Below are positions 27,754-37,665 of a stretch of DNA of 64,000 bases, in pieces. The translations under genes were made by a program, and so were the position numbers. The number at the start of each line of letters is the position of its first letter. Positions within the stretch are counted from its first letter, which is position 1. Origin of the DNA: Nannocystales bacterium (GTDB lineage Bacteria; Myxococcota_A; Polyangia; Nannocystales; Nannocystaceae); the NCBI GenBank assembly GCA_050633305.1, contig JBOEGF010000044.1:1-64000 (forward strand). Direction: 5' to 3'. Below the pieces are notes generated by a model. The model made no database searches. It worked only from the letters and a program-made list of their open reading frames with translations, and was not told the origin of the DNA.

Positions 27754-28275
27754 TTAAATGGCCTGGCGCTCGACCAAGTATCGAACGACCTCCATGCCCC
27801 CACGCGGGTGAACAAGGCGGCCGGCATAACGCATGCCGCACTTTTTCATCACCGAGATGCTCGCGGTGTTGGCCTCCACCGCACAGGCGTCGACTGCCCT
27901 CTGGTTCAGATCTTCGAAGGCGTATCGCACCAAGGCGACCGAGCCTTCCGTGGCCAAACCACGGCCCCACGCGTCCCGGCGGAGTCGGTAGCCCAGCTCG
28001 AGGACATTGGCGTCGGCCACCGAGGGTCGCAGGTGAAACCATCCGACGAATCGCGCGCGCTCGTACGCCGCTGCGAATCCGTAGGGCCGGTCCGCATACG
28101 CTTTCATGCGCGGCAGGAGGGTCTCGACGTAGACCGGGCGTGGTGTGGGCTCCCCTCCGCTGATGAAGCGCATCACGGCAGGGTCACTATCGAGCGCCAC
28201 GAGATCGTCGAGATGGGCGTCGCAGATTCGGCAAAGGTGCAAGCGCGCGGTGTCGAGCACGAACGGAACAGCCAC
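27754..28275 (-). CDS. GNAT (RimJ/RimL-type) N-acetyltransferase
   Basis: TARL, ELGYRLRRDAWGRGLATE and NTASISVMKKCGM. Confidence 0.9.
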   Translation of the reverse strand: MAVPFVLDTARLHLCRICDAHLDDLVALDSDPAVMRFISGGEPTPRPVYVETLLPRMKAYADRPYGFAAAYERARFVGWFHLRPSVADANVLELGYRLRRDAWGRGLATEGSVALVRYAFEDLNQRAVDACAVEANTASISVMKKCGMRYAGRLVHPRGGMEVVRYLVERQAI

Positions 28276-28392
28276 GCGGGCAAGCGTACGCGGACCGTGG
28301 TCTCGAATTTCGACCGCAAGCTCGCCGCGGCGTTTACGGCCTTGTCATCGGCCGAGGGGTCGTCCATTGTCTTACACCGCAGCGAGGTCCTG

Positions 28393-29883
28393 ATGACGCA
28401 GCACGATGAAAACTGCCCAACCTGCGGAAGCCAACTTGGCGCGCTCAACCGGGTCGAGCTGCGCCGCTGCAACGCGTGCAGACGCAGCGTACCGGCCGGC
28501 TTCCTGTACTGCGGCTATTGTGCGGCGCCGATGGAGCGGACCGAGATTCGTGCTCGGGTCGCCGAAGTCGCGGCCCCTCCTGGCGGGTGGCCGAACCTCG
28601 CTGGCGACCTCACTGAGGTGAAGTTTTTCCTCAAGCAGGGCCAGCTCGACGAGGCCTACGACCTGCTCTCGATCCTGCAGCGCCGATATCCGGGACACCC
28701 CGAGCTGGCTGACTTTGCGCGGAGTACGGAGAGTTCGCCGCGTCCCGACGCGGACGTTGAAAAGCTGGTCGACACGGTGATGGCCGACTCCTCCACGTTG
28801 GGTGGGAAGATCCCACGCCGACGCGCGACCCCCTGGGACGCGCCGGAGTCTGAGCCTACGGAACGCCGCGGCCGCAAGTTGACCACCGCGCACGAAGTGG
28901 TTCGTGCGGCGCTGATCGAGGACGTCGACGTCGAAGACGTCGCACCCAGTCCCGTCGAGAAGGTCGTCGTCGCCGAGTACGCCAAGAATCCACGGCCGAT
29001 CCGCAAGCCGGTCCCCAAGGTCGACCGCACGCACGCATTCGAAGCCATCCCTCCCAAACGGATGCCCCGAGTACGCCTGCGGACTCCGAAGGGAGAGATG
29101 CCGACCCCGAAGCTGCTGCGGGAGGGAGGTCCCAAGGCCGCAGCCCGGGACCAAAACGCCAAGGCGCGGGAGACCGCCGCCAAGGTGAGAGCGGCTGCGG
29201 CGAAGGTCAAGGCCGTCGCCGAGCAACTGCCTCCCCTGCCGGAGCCGAACTACGCGGAGAAAGGTCGACCCGCGACGGTGCACATGCCTTCGGTTCGCGC
29301 CGAAGATGCGCCCTCATTGCCGCCGTTCGAGGTCAAGCCCGATACCAGCGTGCCGCCGCTGCCGAAGGCCGCGCCACAGCGGGGCTCGCTCCCCAAGGGC
29401 GACCCGCCGCCGAAACGAACGCCCGCACCCGTCGCCACGCCCATCCCTCGCGCGCAGGCTGTCTCCGAAGCGGAGCCCCCACCCGAAGCCTCCACCGCAG
29501 CGTCGGTCCCGGAGCCCGCCGAGGCCAACAAGGGTGCTGCGGCGCCACAGCGCACCATGGTGGTGGATGCACTGCAGCCGGCCGCGCCGTATCCGGAAGA
29601 GCGCCCGAACCGAACCATCGCCGTCGACGCACTGCAGCCCGCTGCACCGTTCGAGGGGGAGTCGGACGAGCTGTTCGAAGCCCGCAAGGAGCAGATCAAG
29701 CGCGCGACCAGCAAGACCGGCCGCCGTCGCCGGGTCGCAACGGGTGCGAACAAGGTCAACAAGCGGAAGCGACCTCGCGGCGTGCCGCCCAAGCACGGCG
29801 AACCCGACGTGTCCGAGGAAGAGGTCAAGAAGCGACGCGGCACGGCCTTTGGCGCGGGGGTGCTTTCCCGCTTTGGGCGCTGA
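28393..29883 (+). CDS. zinc-ribbon protein with TPR-like helix pair and long Pro/Lys-rich tail
   Basis: CPTCG, CNAC and CGYC motifs; FFLKQGQLDEAYDLL; low-complexity C-terminus. Confidence 0.7.
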   Translation: MTQHDENCPTCGSQLGALNRVELRRCNACRRSVPAGFLYCGYCAAPMERTEIRARVAEVAAPPGGWPNLAGDLTEVKFFLKQGQLDEAYDLLSILQRRYPGHPELADFARSTESSPRPDADVEKLVDTVMADSSTLGGKIPRRRATPWDAPESEPTERRGRKLTTAHEVVRAALIEDVDVEDVAPSPVEKVVVAEYAKNPRPIRKPVPKVDRTHAFEAIPPKRMPRVRLRTPKGEMPTPKLLREGGPKAAARDQNAKARETAAKVRAAAAKVKAVAEQLPPLPEPNYAEKGRPATVHMPSVRAEDAPSLPPFEVKPDTSVPPLPKAAPQRGSLPKGDPPPKRTPAPVATPIPRAQAVSEAEPPPEASTAASVPEPAEANKGAAAPQRTMVVDALQPAAPYPEERPNRTIAVDALQPAAPFEGESDELFEARKEQIKRATSKTGRRRRVATGANKVNKRKRPRGVPPKHGEPDVSEEEVKKRRGTAFGAGVLSRFGR

Positions 29884-31246
29884 GTTCCCCGTCCGACCGC
29901 GGTTGGCGGACCACATGCTCGCGCGTCGGCACGTCGTCGATGGGCAGGAGAGTGTGGTGCTGCACGACGAGGCGCGCCACGAGGCGGTCGCACTTCCACC
30001 GGCCACGTGGGCGGTGCTCGCATGTGCGGACGGAACGCGGGATGTCGCAGGCATCGCGGCTGCGGCTGCACGTGTCGGTGCTGGCGCAACGGAGGCTGCC
30101 GTTGCAAAGCTTCTCGAAGCACTGCACGCTCGCGGCGCGCTCGAGGACGGGGCGCCTCCCCACGAGCCGGACGTCGTGACGATCCGGAAACGTCCCGAGG
30201 ATGTCAGCAAACAGCCAGTGGCCCCGCTGCCCGGGTACCGGTTCGATTGCGATGGCTCGGGAGGATGCTGCAGCGCCTACGGGTCGATCCTGCTCACACC
30301 CGGGGACCGAGACCGCGCCCGGGCGGCGCTCGAGGGGGAGACGCGAGCTGGCGTGCCGATGTCGCGGTGGTTCACACCGGACCACGGCAGCGCGCCGACA
30401 CCTCTGAGCGTTCCGCTTCATGTCGAGGGGGGGTGTGGATTCTTGGGAGAGGACGGGCTGTGCGAGATCCATCGCCGCGTGGGGTTGGCGGGAAAGCCCA
30501 GGGCCTGCGCCGCCTTCCCGTTGGTCGCGTGCTCGGACGGCAAGGAGGTGCGGGTCTCCGTGACGCCCGAATGCGCATGCGTCTTGCGTTCCGCTGGTCC
30601 GGGCCGGGGGGAGCCGCTGACCGAGTCCTGGCGGGCGGGCTCCGACCTCCCGCCCACCACGGTGGTGGATGTGCTCCCGGCGATGCTGGACGTGTCGAAG
30701 GGTCGAATGCAGAGCCGCGATTGGGTCCGAACCCAGGTGGCAGAGGTCCTCGCCGCGCTTCCCACCGCGGCTGACCCCGCCCGCGCATGTTGGGCGTGGG
30801 CGGACACGTGGTCCGACACGACGCCAACCGAGGCGGTTCTTGCCCCGTACATCGACTCGCTCCTGCCGCTCGCCCGGGACCTGCTGCGTCGACGCTCCAC
30901 CTACGTGGGGGACGCAGACTGGGTCCTCGGGTCGCTGCGGTGGTTGGTCGGCACGCTGCATCTGCTGCAAGAAGTCTCGCTGCAGGAGATGATTCTCGAG
31001 GCGAGCCCCGTCGGGGACCCCACCGAGCGGCTGTACGTTCGCAGCTCTCTGTGGGCGTACCGCGACTTCATCGACATGCCGCTCGCGGGGGTGATGCGGG
31101 CTCACGCTGCGAAGATCTGGGTCGGGCGGGCGATGGCGGAGGTTCCTCTCGCTCCCTCAGAGACCGCGGTCCCGCTCGCGACGCTCAGCATGTTGATGAG
31201 AGGGCACGGGTTGATGCGTGCGTGGGACGAGCCTGTCGAGGCCTGA
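29873..31246 (+). CDS. YkgJ/FliB-like Cys-cluster protein with N-terminal PqqD/RRE-like domain
   Basis: FDCDGSGGCC, CGFLGEDGLCEIH and KPRACAAFP; N-terminal ADGTRDVAGIA...LLEALHARGAL; TTG start inferred. Confidence 0.72.
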   Translation: MGAEFPVRPRLADHMLARRHVVDGQESVVLHDEARHEAVALPPATWAVLACADGTRDVAGIAAAAARVGAGATEAAVAKLLEALHARGALEDGAPPHEPDVVTIRKRPEDVSKQPVAPLPGYRFDCDGSGGCCSAYGSILLTPGDRDRARAALEGETRAGVPMSRWFTPDHGSAPTPLSVPLHVEGGCGFLGEDGLCEIHRRVGLAGKPRACAAFPLVACSDGKEVRVSVTPECACVLRSAGPGRGEPLTESWRAGSDLPPTTVVDVLPAMLDVSKGRMQSRDWVRTQVAEVLAALPTAADPARACWAWADTWSDTTPTEAVLAPYIDSLLPLARDLLRRRSTYVGDADWVLGSLRWLVGTLHLLQEVSLQEMILEASPVGDPTERLYVRSSLWAYRDFIDMPLAGVMRAHAAKIWVGRAMAEVPLAPSETAVPLATLSMLMRGHGLMRAWDEPVEA

Positions 31247-31258
31247 TAGCGTACCGGC

Positions 31259-32086
31259 GTGATGGGCACGCGGCGTTCGATGGCAGGGTGGGTGGCGGTG
31301 TGTCTGGCGGGGTGTAGCCCCGTCGAACCGAAGCCTTCGCCGAAGACACCCGAAGAGCCCACGCAGTCGTCCGACGTTGAGGTTGGGTCCTCCAAAAAGA
31401 CCACGCTCATCGGCGTCCTGCACGAGGGCGGCACCCGAGTGTGCACGGAGCCATACGAGGTGCACTGGGTTGAGCGCACGTGGGCGGTCGGGTTCGTGCC
31501 CCTTGTTCATAGCGCGGACGAACTCGAGGCGATCGCGAAGCTCGAAGGCGCTGTGGTCAAGGTTGTCGGCGTCGTCACCGACGAACCCTCGACCGTGCAT
31601 GAAGGAGACCCACGACCCGAGAAGAATGTGATGTGCGGCCAAATGCAGATGCGCTCCGACTGGGAGCCATGGCCCAAAGGAATCCGCGTGCGGCGGGGTG
31701 ACGGACCGGACCTGACCGGACTCCGGATGGAGTCCATCGAAGTCGTGAAGCCTCTCTCGGGCACGCTTCATGACGACGAGGTCTGGTTCAAGGTGAGCAA
31801 CCCGCTCGAGCGGGACCTTCAGGACGCGACTCTGGTGGCGCACTACGAGGGCTGCTACGGGAAGCCCGGCAGCACCGTGCAGCGTCGGCCGCTGGGCATG
31901 ATTCCGACCGGCGCCGTATTGGAGGACATTCCGGTGCCGCAGATCTCGATGCGCGAGATGGCACGGGGAAGCGAGCATCGTCTCGATTCGGTCCAGCTGA
32001 CGGCGACGGTGGAAGGCGCCGCGCTCGATCTGGACGTCGACATCTCGTCCCTCGGACTCGAGGTCAGCTGTCCGGAACGAACGTGA
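31259..32086 (+). CDS. hypothetical lipoprotein
   Basis: Lipobox LAGC; GCYGKP motif; no recognised family. Confidence 0.7.
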   Translation: MMGTRRSMAGWVAVCLAGCSPVEPKPSPKTPEEPTQSSDVEVGSSKKTTLIGVLHEGGTRVCTEPYEVHWVERTWAVGFVPLVHSADELEAIAKLEGAVVKVVGVVTDEPSTVHEGDPRPEKNVMCGQMQMRSDWEPWPKGIRVRRGDGPDLTGLRMESIEVVKPLSGTLHDDEVWFKVSNPLERDLQDATLVAHYEGCYGKPGSTVQRRPLGMIPTGAVLEDIPVPQISMREMARGSEHRLDSVQLTATVEGAALDLDVDISSLGLEVSCPERT

Positions 32087-32092
32087 CGGGCC

Positions 32093-32452
32093 TCAGCCGG
32101 GTTCGTCCTGCGGTTGCCAGCGGTACCGTTTGAGATCGATGGTGCCGGCCGCCTTGAACTCCACGCCTTCGTCTTCGAGCAGGCTGCGTTGGTCGGGGCC
32201 GAGGCCGGACTTGTCTCGCGTGGAGATACCGCCGCGACTGTTGACGATCCGGTGCCAGGGAACGGGCTCCTCCGCTTCGGCCCGCCATGCCCCTGCAAGC
32301 GCGAAGCCTACGTGGCGTGCAACCCGGGGCGAGCCCAGCAAGGTTGCGATTTGCCCGTACGTCGCCACATGGCCCGCAGGAACCCTGCGGACCATGGCGA
32401 AGACCTTGGCATGCCATCCGGGGCCCACGACCCGAGGTTCCTCGATGGTCAT
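32093..32452 (-). CDS. alkyltransferase-like protein (ATL/YbaZ, MGMT family)
   Basis: VPAGHVATYGQIA, ARHVG, PWHRIV (Trp in place of the catalytic Cys) and QRSLLEDEGV. Confidence 0.92.
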   Translation of the reverse strand: MTIEEPRVVGPGWHAKVFAMVRRVPAGHVATYGQIATLLGSPRVARHVGFALAGAWRAEAEEPVPWHRIVNSRGGISTRDKSGLGPDQRSLLEDEGVEFKAAGTIDLKRYRWQPQDEPG

Positions 32453-32467
32453 GGGCCAGAGGTTAGC

Positions 32468-33397
32468 TCAGAAGCTGTACAGGACCGAGGTGTCCCAACC
32501 GGGGATCGAGATGTCGATCTCACCGCTGTCGCCACCGTAGCTCGACAGGTACGCGTCACGCATCGGGGTGAGGTCGATGTCCACCGTGTCGGAAGGGAAC
32601 CCGGCGCAAGCTTCGCCAAGGTTGTCGTGGGCGATGTTCAGGCCAGTTTGGACCGGGAGGCTCTCGTCGAAGTTGCCGTTCCAGCATCCGCCAAGTGGGT
32701 GCCCGGCGTCGCAGCCGTTGTAGGCCACATCGAGGGTGAGCGTGTCCCCAACCAGCGTCACCTCGGTGATCTCGAGACTGTCGAAGGGGGTGGTCTCCTC
32801 GCACGAGGACAACTCTGGGCCATCGAATGGGTCGGTGTCGGCGGGCTCGCAGGCGATCTCGGTGCAGGCGCCGAGCGTTCCGTCTTCGTTGCATTCGCAG
32901 GTGTTGCAGCCATCGGGGGCGGGGACGCTGGTGCCGGGCTCGCAGCTCGGCGGTTCGCAGCCGATCTCGGTACACCCGCCGATGGTGCCGTCGTCGTTGC
33001 ACTCGCAGGTGTTGCAGCCGTCACCCGCGGGGACGCTGGTGCCCGGTTCACACTGGGGCTCGCAGCCGATCGCAGTACATGCGCCGATGGTGCCGTCGTC
33101 ATTGCACTCGCAAGTGTTACAGCCGTCCTCTGCCGGAACCGGCTCGCCGGGTTCGCACTGGGGTTCGTCGGGGTCGCAGGCGATTTCCGTACAGGCCAGC
33201 GTTCCGTCGTCTTGGCAGGTGCACGTGTTGCAGCCGTCGGCCGCGGGGACACTGTCTCCGGGCTCGCAGTCGTCGCCGGGCTCGCCGCTCCCGCCCATCG
33301 TTTCGTCGCCGATGTCTTTGTCGTCGAGGTCGCACGCGGTCGCGCCGACGAGGGAAAGGCAGGCCATCAACATCCATTGAATCTTCATTGGTTTCAC
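32468..33397 (-). CDS. lipoprotein with four pacifastin-like (I19) inhibitor repeats
   Basis: Four copies of CEPG-x7-GCNTCxC-x2-DGT-x2-3-CT-x-I-x-C; lipobox ATAC. Confidence 0.8.
   Translation of the reverse strand: MKPMKIQWMLMACLSLVGATACDLDDKDIGDETMGGSGEPGDDCEPGDSVPAADGCNTCTCQDDGTLACTEIACDPDEPQCEPGEPVPAEDGCNTCECNDDGTIGACTAIGCEPQCEPGTSVPAGDGCNTCECNDDGTIGGCTEIGCEPPSCEPGTSVPAPDGCNTCECNEDGTLGACTEIACEPADTDPFDGPELSSCEETTPFDSLEITEVTLVGDTLTLDVAYNGCDAGHPLGGCWNGNFDESLPVQTGLNIAHDNLGEACAGFPSDTVDIDLTPMRDAYLSSYGGDSGEIDISIPGWDTSVLYSF
32847..33268 (-). repeat. four tandem ~105-115 bp coding repeats (pacifastin units)
   Basis: Recurring CAGGTGTTGCAGCC-type and GGCTCGCAG blocks. Confidence 0.8.
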
Positions 33398-33492
33398 CGT
33401 TAGTTCACAGGGGGGCCATCAAGCTGGCAACTCGTAGTGGTCCGCCCGGGTCTGGCGTCGTGATGACGGACCGAAAAAAAAGATTCGGACGT

Positions 33493-34308
33493 CTACGGCG
33501 TCGATTCGGGGCACGCGCTGTGAACCCGTGATCGGAGGGCCGATTGGGGATGCGCGCGGAGGAACGCCGCTGCGGCCTTGCGTCCACTGGCCAGGTCGCC
33601 GGAGTCGCACAGCGCAACAACACGCAGGGCTGCCCGTTCTTGACGAAGGATTCCGTCGGGGAAGCGAGCCTCGGCGTCGCGCAGCAAGGATAGAGCGTCT
33701 TTGGGGCGGCCTTGCACGACGGCTCGACGAGCGCGGTCGAGCTGCTTCGTCTCGTCGGCGAGGGATGTCGAGGACGGGAGCGCAGGAACTTCGGCCACGG
33801 GGACATTGCGCGGGGCCGAGGCGGGGCGGCGGGACGGAGCTGGTGGCTCCTGCTTTGCCTTCGGCGCTGGCTCTGGTTGCAGCACAGGGGCGGAGAGGAC
33901 CTCCGTCGGCACCGGCTCAGGTCTCGCTGGGTCAGGGGTCGCACGACGAGGTCCGGTCGTGGTCTTGTGCGTTGTGGGGGTCTCCTGCCGGGCCCGTACG
34001 CCCGCTGCCGACTCCGGAGTGTCGGGTGCCTGTTGCAGCGCCCGGTCGTTCACCGCCGTGACGTTGGTGTCGCCGACGGTGAACACGAGCAGTGCCGCAG
34101 CAGCGGCCGCGAGCACAGTGCCAGCGACCCAAGGTGCCCAAGGGCCGCGCAAGACGGTGCCGGTGGGCGGTACGGGGGTGGTCGTCTCGAGGACACGAGC
34201 CTTGACGCGCTCGTGGGTGCTCGCTCCGAGTTGTTCTTCCTCGTGGAACGCAGCCAGGAGCGCGAGCTCGTTCGCGTCCAACTCGGGAAGCTCGTCGTGC
34301 GGAGTCAT
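33493..34308 (-). CDS. putative membrane anti-sigma factor with Pro-rich linker and TPR-like C-terminus
   Basis: Overlaps the ECF stop; single TM; LADETKQLDRARRA..RFPDGILRQER..ALC motif. Confidence 0.72.
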   Translation of the reverse strand: MTPHDELPELDANELALLAAFHEEEQLGASTHERVKARVLETTTPVPPTGTVLRGPWAPWVAGTVLAAAAAALLVFTVGDTNVTAVNDRALQQAPDTPESAAGVRARQETPTTHKTTTGPRRATPDPARPEPVPTEVLSAPVLQPEPAPKAKQEPPAPSRRPASAPRNVPVAEVPALPSSTSLADETKQLDRARRAVVQGRPKDALSLLRDAEARFPDGILRQERAALRVVALCDSGDLASGRKAAAAFLRAHPQSALRSRVHSACPESTP

Positions 34309-34907
34309 GCGCTCTCGCTTTCGGCGGGGTCGCGGGTGAACGCTGCGGCGGCCTGTCGGAACGCCAGCCGAGCCGCACGGAGCCGAGCGTGGGCCGTGTT
34401 CACGTTGATGCCCGTCATGTTCGCGACGGCCTTCACGCTGTTCCCCTCCAGGTCCACGAGTGTGAAAACCTCTCGCTTGTCCGCGTCGAGCCTGTCGAGG
34501 AACCGACGGACGAACGCCGCCGCTTCCCGACGCTGTGCAGCGTCGTCGGTAGGGGGGAGCGTCTGTGGCTTGGGTTGCGCGTGCTCGATCCGGCGAGCCT
34601 CGCGGGCCCGGCCTCGGCGTCGGTTGCTGGCGACCCCCCGGGTGATGCCGTAGAGCCAGGATGTGATCGCGGCGCGACCGTCGTAGTCGTCGATGCGCCG
34701 ATGAACGATGACGAACACGTCGTGCATGACGTCCTCCAGCGCGCCATCGGGGACGCCAAGACGCTTGGCGACCCGCCAGACAAAGCTCGCGTGGTCGTCG
34801 TAGATCGTCGCCAAATCAAGCGCACTCGAGCTTCCCTTCTCCGTGATGCCGCCAGAAGCGCCGGGCGCGTGGGCTGTCACAGATGGTTGTTGTCCGTCGG
34901 TGGACAC
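34305..34907 (-). CDS. ECF sigma-70 factor
   Basis: FVWRVAKRLGV..EDVMHDVF, SWLYGI, KREVFTLVDLEG and NTAHARLRAAR. Confidence 0.92.
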   Translation of the reverse strand: MSTDGQQPSVTAHAPGASGGITEKGSSSALDLATIYDDHASFVWRVAKRLGVPDGALEDVMHDVFVIVHRRIDDYDGRAAITSWLYGITRGVASNRRRGRAREARRIEHAQPKPQTLPPTDDAAQRREAAAFVRRFLDRLDADKREVFTLVDLEGNSVKAVANMTGINVNTAHARLRAARLAFRQAAAAFTRDPAESESA

Positions 34908-34969
34908 CGTCGTGTGTCCAGCCTACCCCGCGGAGCAGATTTCTTCGATCTGTATGAAATCGTTGATGG

Positions 34970-35973
<1,004 letters not shown>

Positions 35974-35977
<4 letters not shown>

Positions 35978-37464
35978 GGGTCCTCACCGCCGACGTCGAA
36001 CGGCGCGGCGAGGCGACGTCCCAGCATCACCAAGGCGGCGATCGCAACACCCCATTGCAGAAGGCATGTCGCGACCGAGTAGGTGTCCGCGGGGTTCCAC
36101 CAGGTGTCCGGCGCGTACGCTGTCGCGGAGAGGTACAGCCACCAGAGCAACAGAACAACCGCGAGCGTCGGAACGACGAAGCGCAGGATGGCAACCCAGG
36201 CGGCGCTGGGGTCCCACTCCCGGTCTTGAGCTGCCATGGCCTCGCGCATCTTCTCCAAGCCGGCATCTCGGGCCAACATGGCCACGAACAGTCCGGAGAT
36301 CATCAGCGCCACGCCCCATACGAAGTCCTGATTGCCCAAGACGTCGAGGTTGATCGCGGAAGGAATGCCCAAACCGAAGCCCACCAGTCCGGTGATGACG
36401 ACGGCTCGTCCGCGCTCGACCCCGTGATCGACCAGGGTGCGCGCGGCGAGCTCGACCATGGAGAGCAACGAGGACAGTGCGGCAAAGGTCAGCCCGAGGA
36501 AGAAGAGGACCGACAGAGGCTTGCCCAGGGCCATCTTCGCGAAGAGCTGGGGCATCCAGATGAAGGTGAGGCCGGTTGAGGCGGGCCCGCTGTCCTTCAT
36601 GACAGCGAGGATCTCCGGCCGGCTCATCTCGGCGCCCAGGACCGAGAAGACGGTACCGAAGATGGTGACGGCTGCCACCAGGGAGACGACGTTGTTGGTG
36701 ATCCCGGTGATCAGCGCGCTCTTCACCACGCTGTGCCGCGCGCTCATGTACGCCGCGTAACTGAGGATCAGCCCCCATCCCGCGCCCGTGTCCCAGGCGT
36801 TCTGCGTGAGCGCCTCGAGCCAGACGTTGGCATTGGCCAGCTGGCTCCACTGCGGCGTAAAGAGATAGGCGATCCCTTCGAAGGAGCCGGGGAGCAGCAG
36901 TGTCCGAACCATGCTGACCACCACGACAAGGAGCAGGGTGGGCACCAGAACGCGGTTGAGGCGTTCGATCGACGTCACGCCACGCCGGACCACGACGACG
37001 GCCACAAACATGGCGATTCCGTGGAACAAAACCGGCAGCCCGCTGTCCTGGAAGCCCTCCCACACCGCGGTGGACGCTTGCGTCGTGATGGGAAGCTCCC
37101 GCAGGACGGACGCGCCGAGGTAGTGGACGCACCAACCGGCGACGACCGAGTAGTAGAACATGATGGCGGTGGCGGTCAGCGCGACGAATCCGCCCATCCA
37201 CGCTCGCTTGGCCCCGCCGTGGTGCACGAAGGTCCCCACGACGCCTTTTCGGGCGGAGCGGCCCAGTGCGTACTCGGCGACGATCAACGGCACGCTCCAC
37301 ACAAAGAGGAACACGAGCCAGGCCACTAGGAAGGCGCCCGCACCCTCGTCCCCGCCGTTTTGGGCCGCGATTCGGGGGAACCTCCAGATGTTTCCGGTCC
37401 CGACGGCGATGCCGAGCACGCTGAGAATCATTCCCCATCGGGATGAGAATCGAGGTTCCGCCAA
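35974..37464 (-). CDS. sodium-dependent transporter (NSS/SNF family)
   Basis: [26 protein letters not shown] and many TM helices; TTG start. Confidence 0.93.
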
Positions 37465-37665
37465 AACGCCCGGAGTATAGAGGGCAGATTGCTCGGAAAG
37501 AAATCACCAGGTCGGGAACCTTGGGGGGAGGCCGCTGTCAATCCCCTACGAGACCGCAAGACACCGCCTGCTCGGCGTGAGCGCCCACTTTGGCTTCACA
37601 TGATGTGAGGTCCATGCGAGGGGCGGCACACCGGGGGGTTGGGTCAAGGCGGCCAAAGGAAAGCC

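Noticed and set aside
27670..28392. N-terminal extension of the 737-aa ORF
   Set aside because: It overlaps the GNAT gene on the opposite strand; the plausible protein begins at ATG 28393
32847..33268. Regularly spaced repeats as a possible CRISPR array
   Set aside because: Degenerate at third codon positions, in frame within a CDS, and no cas genes; the same applies to 52680-53720
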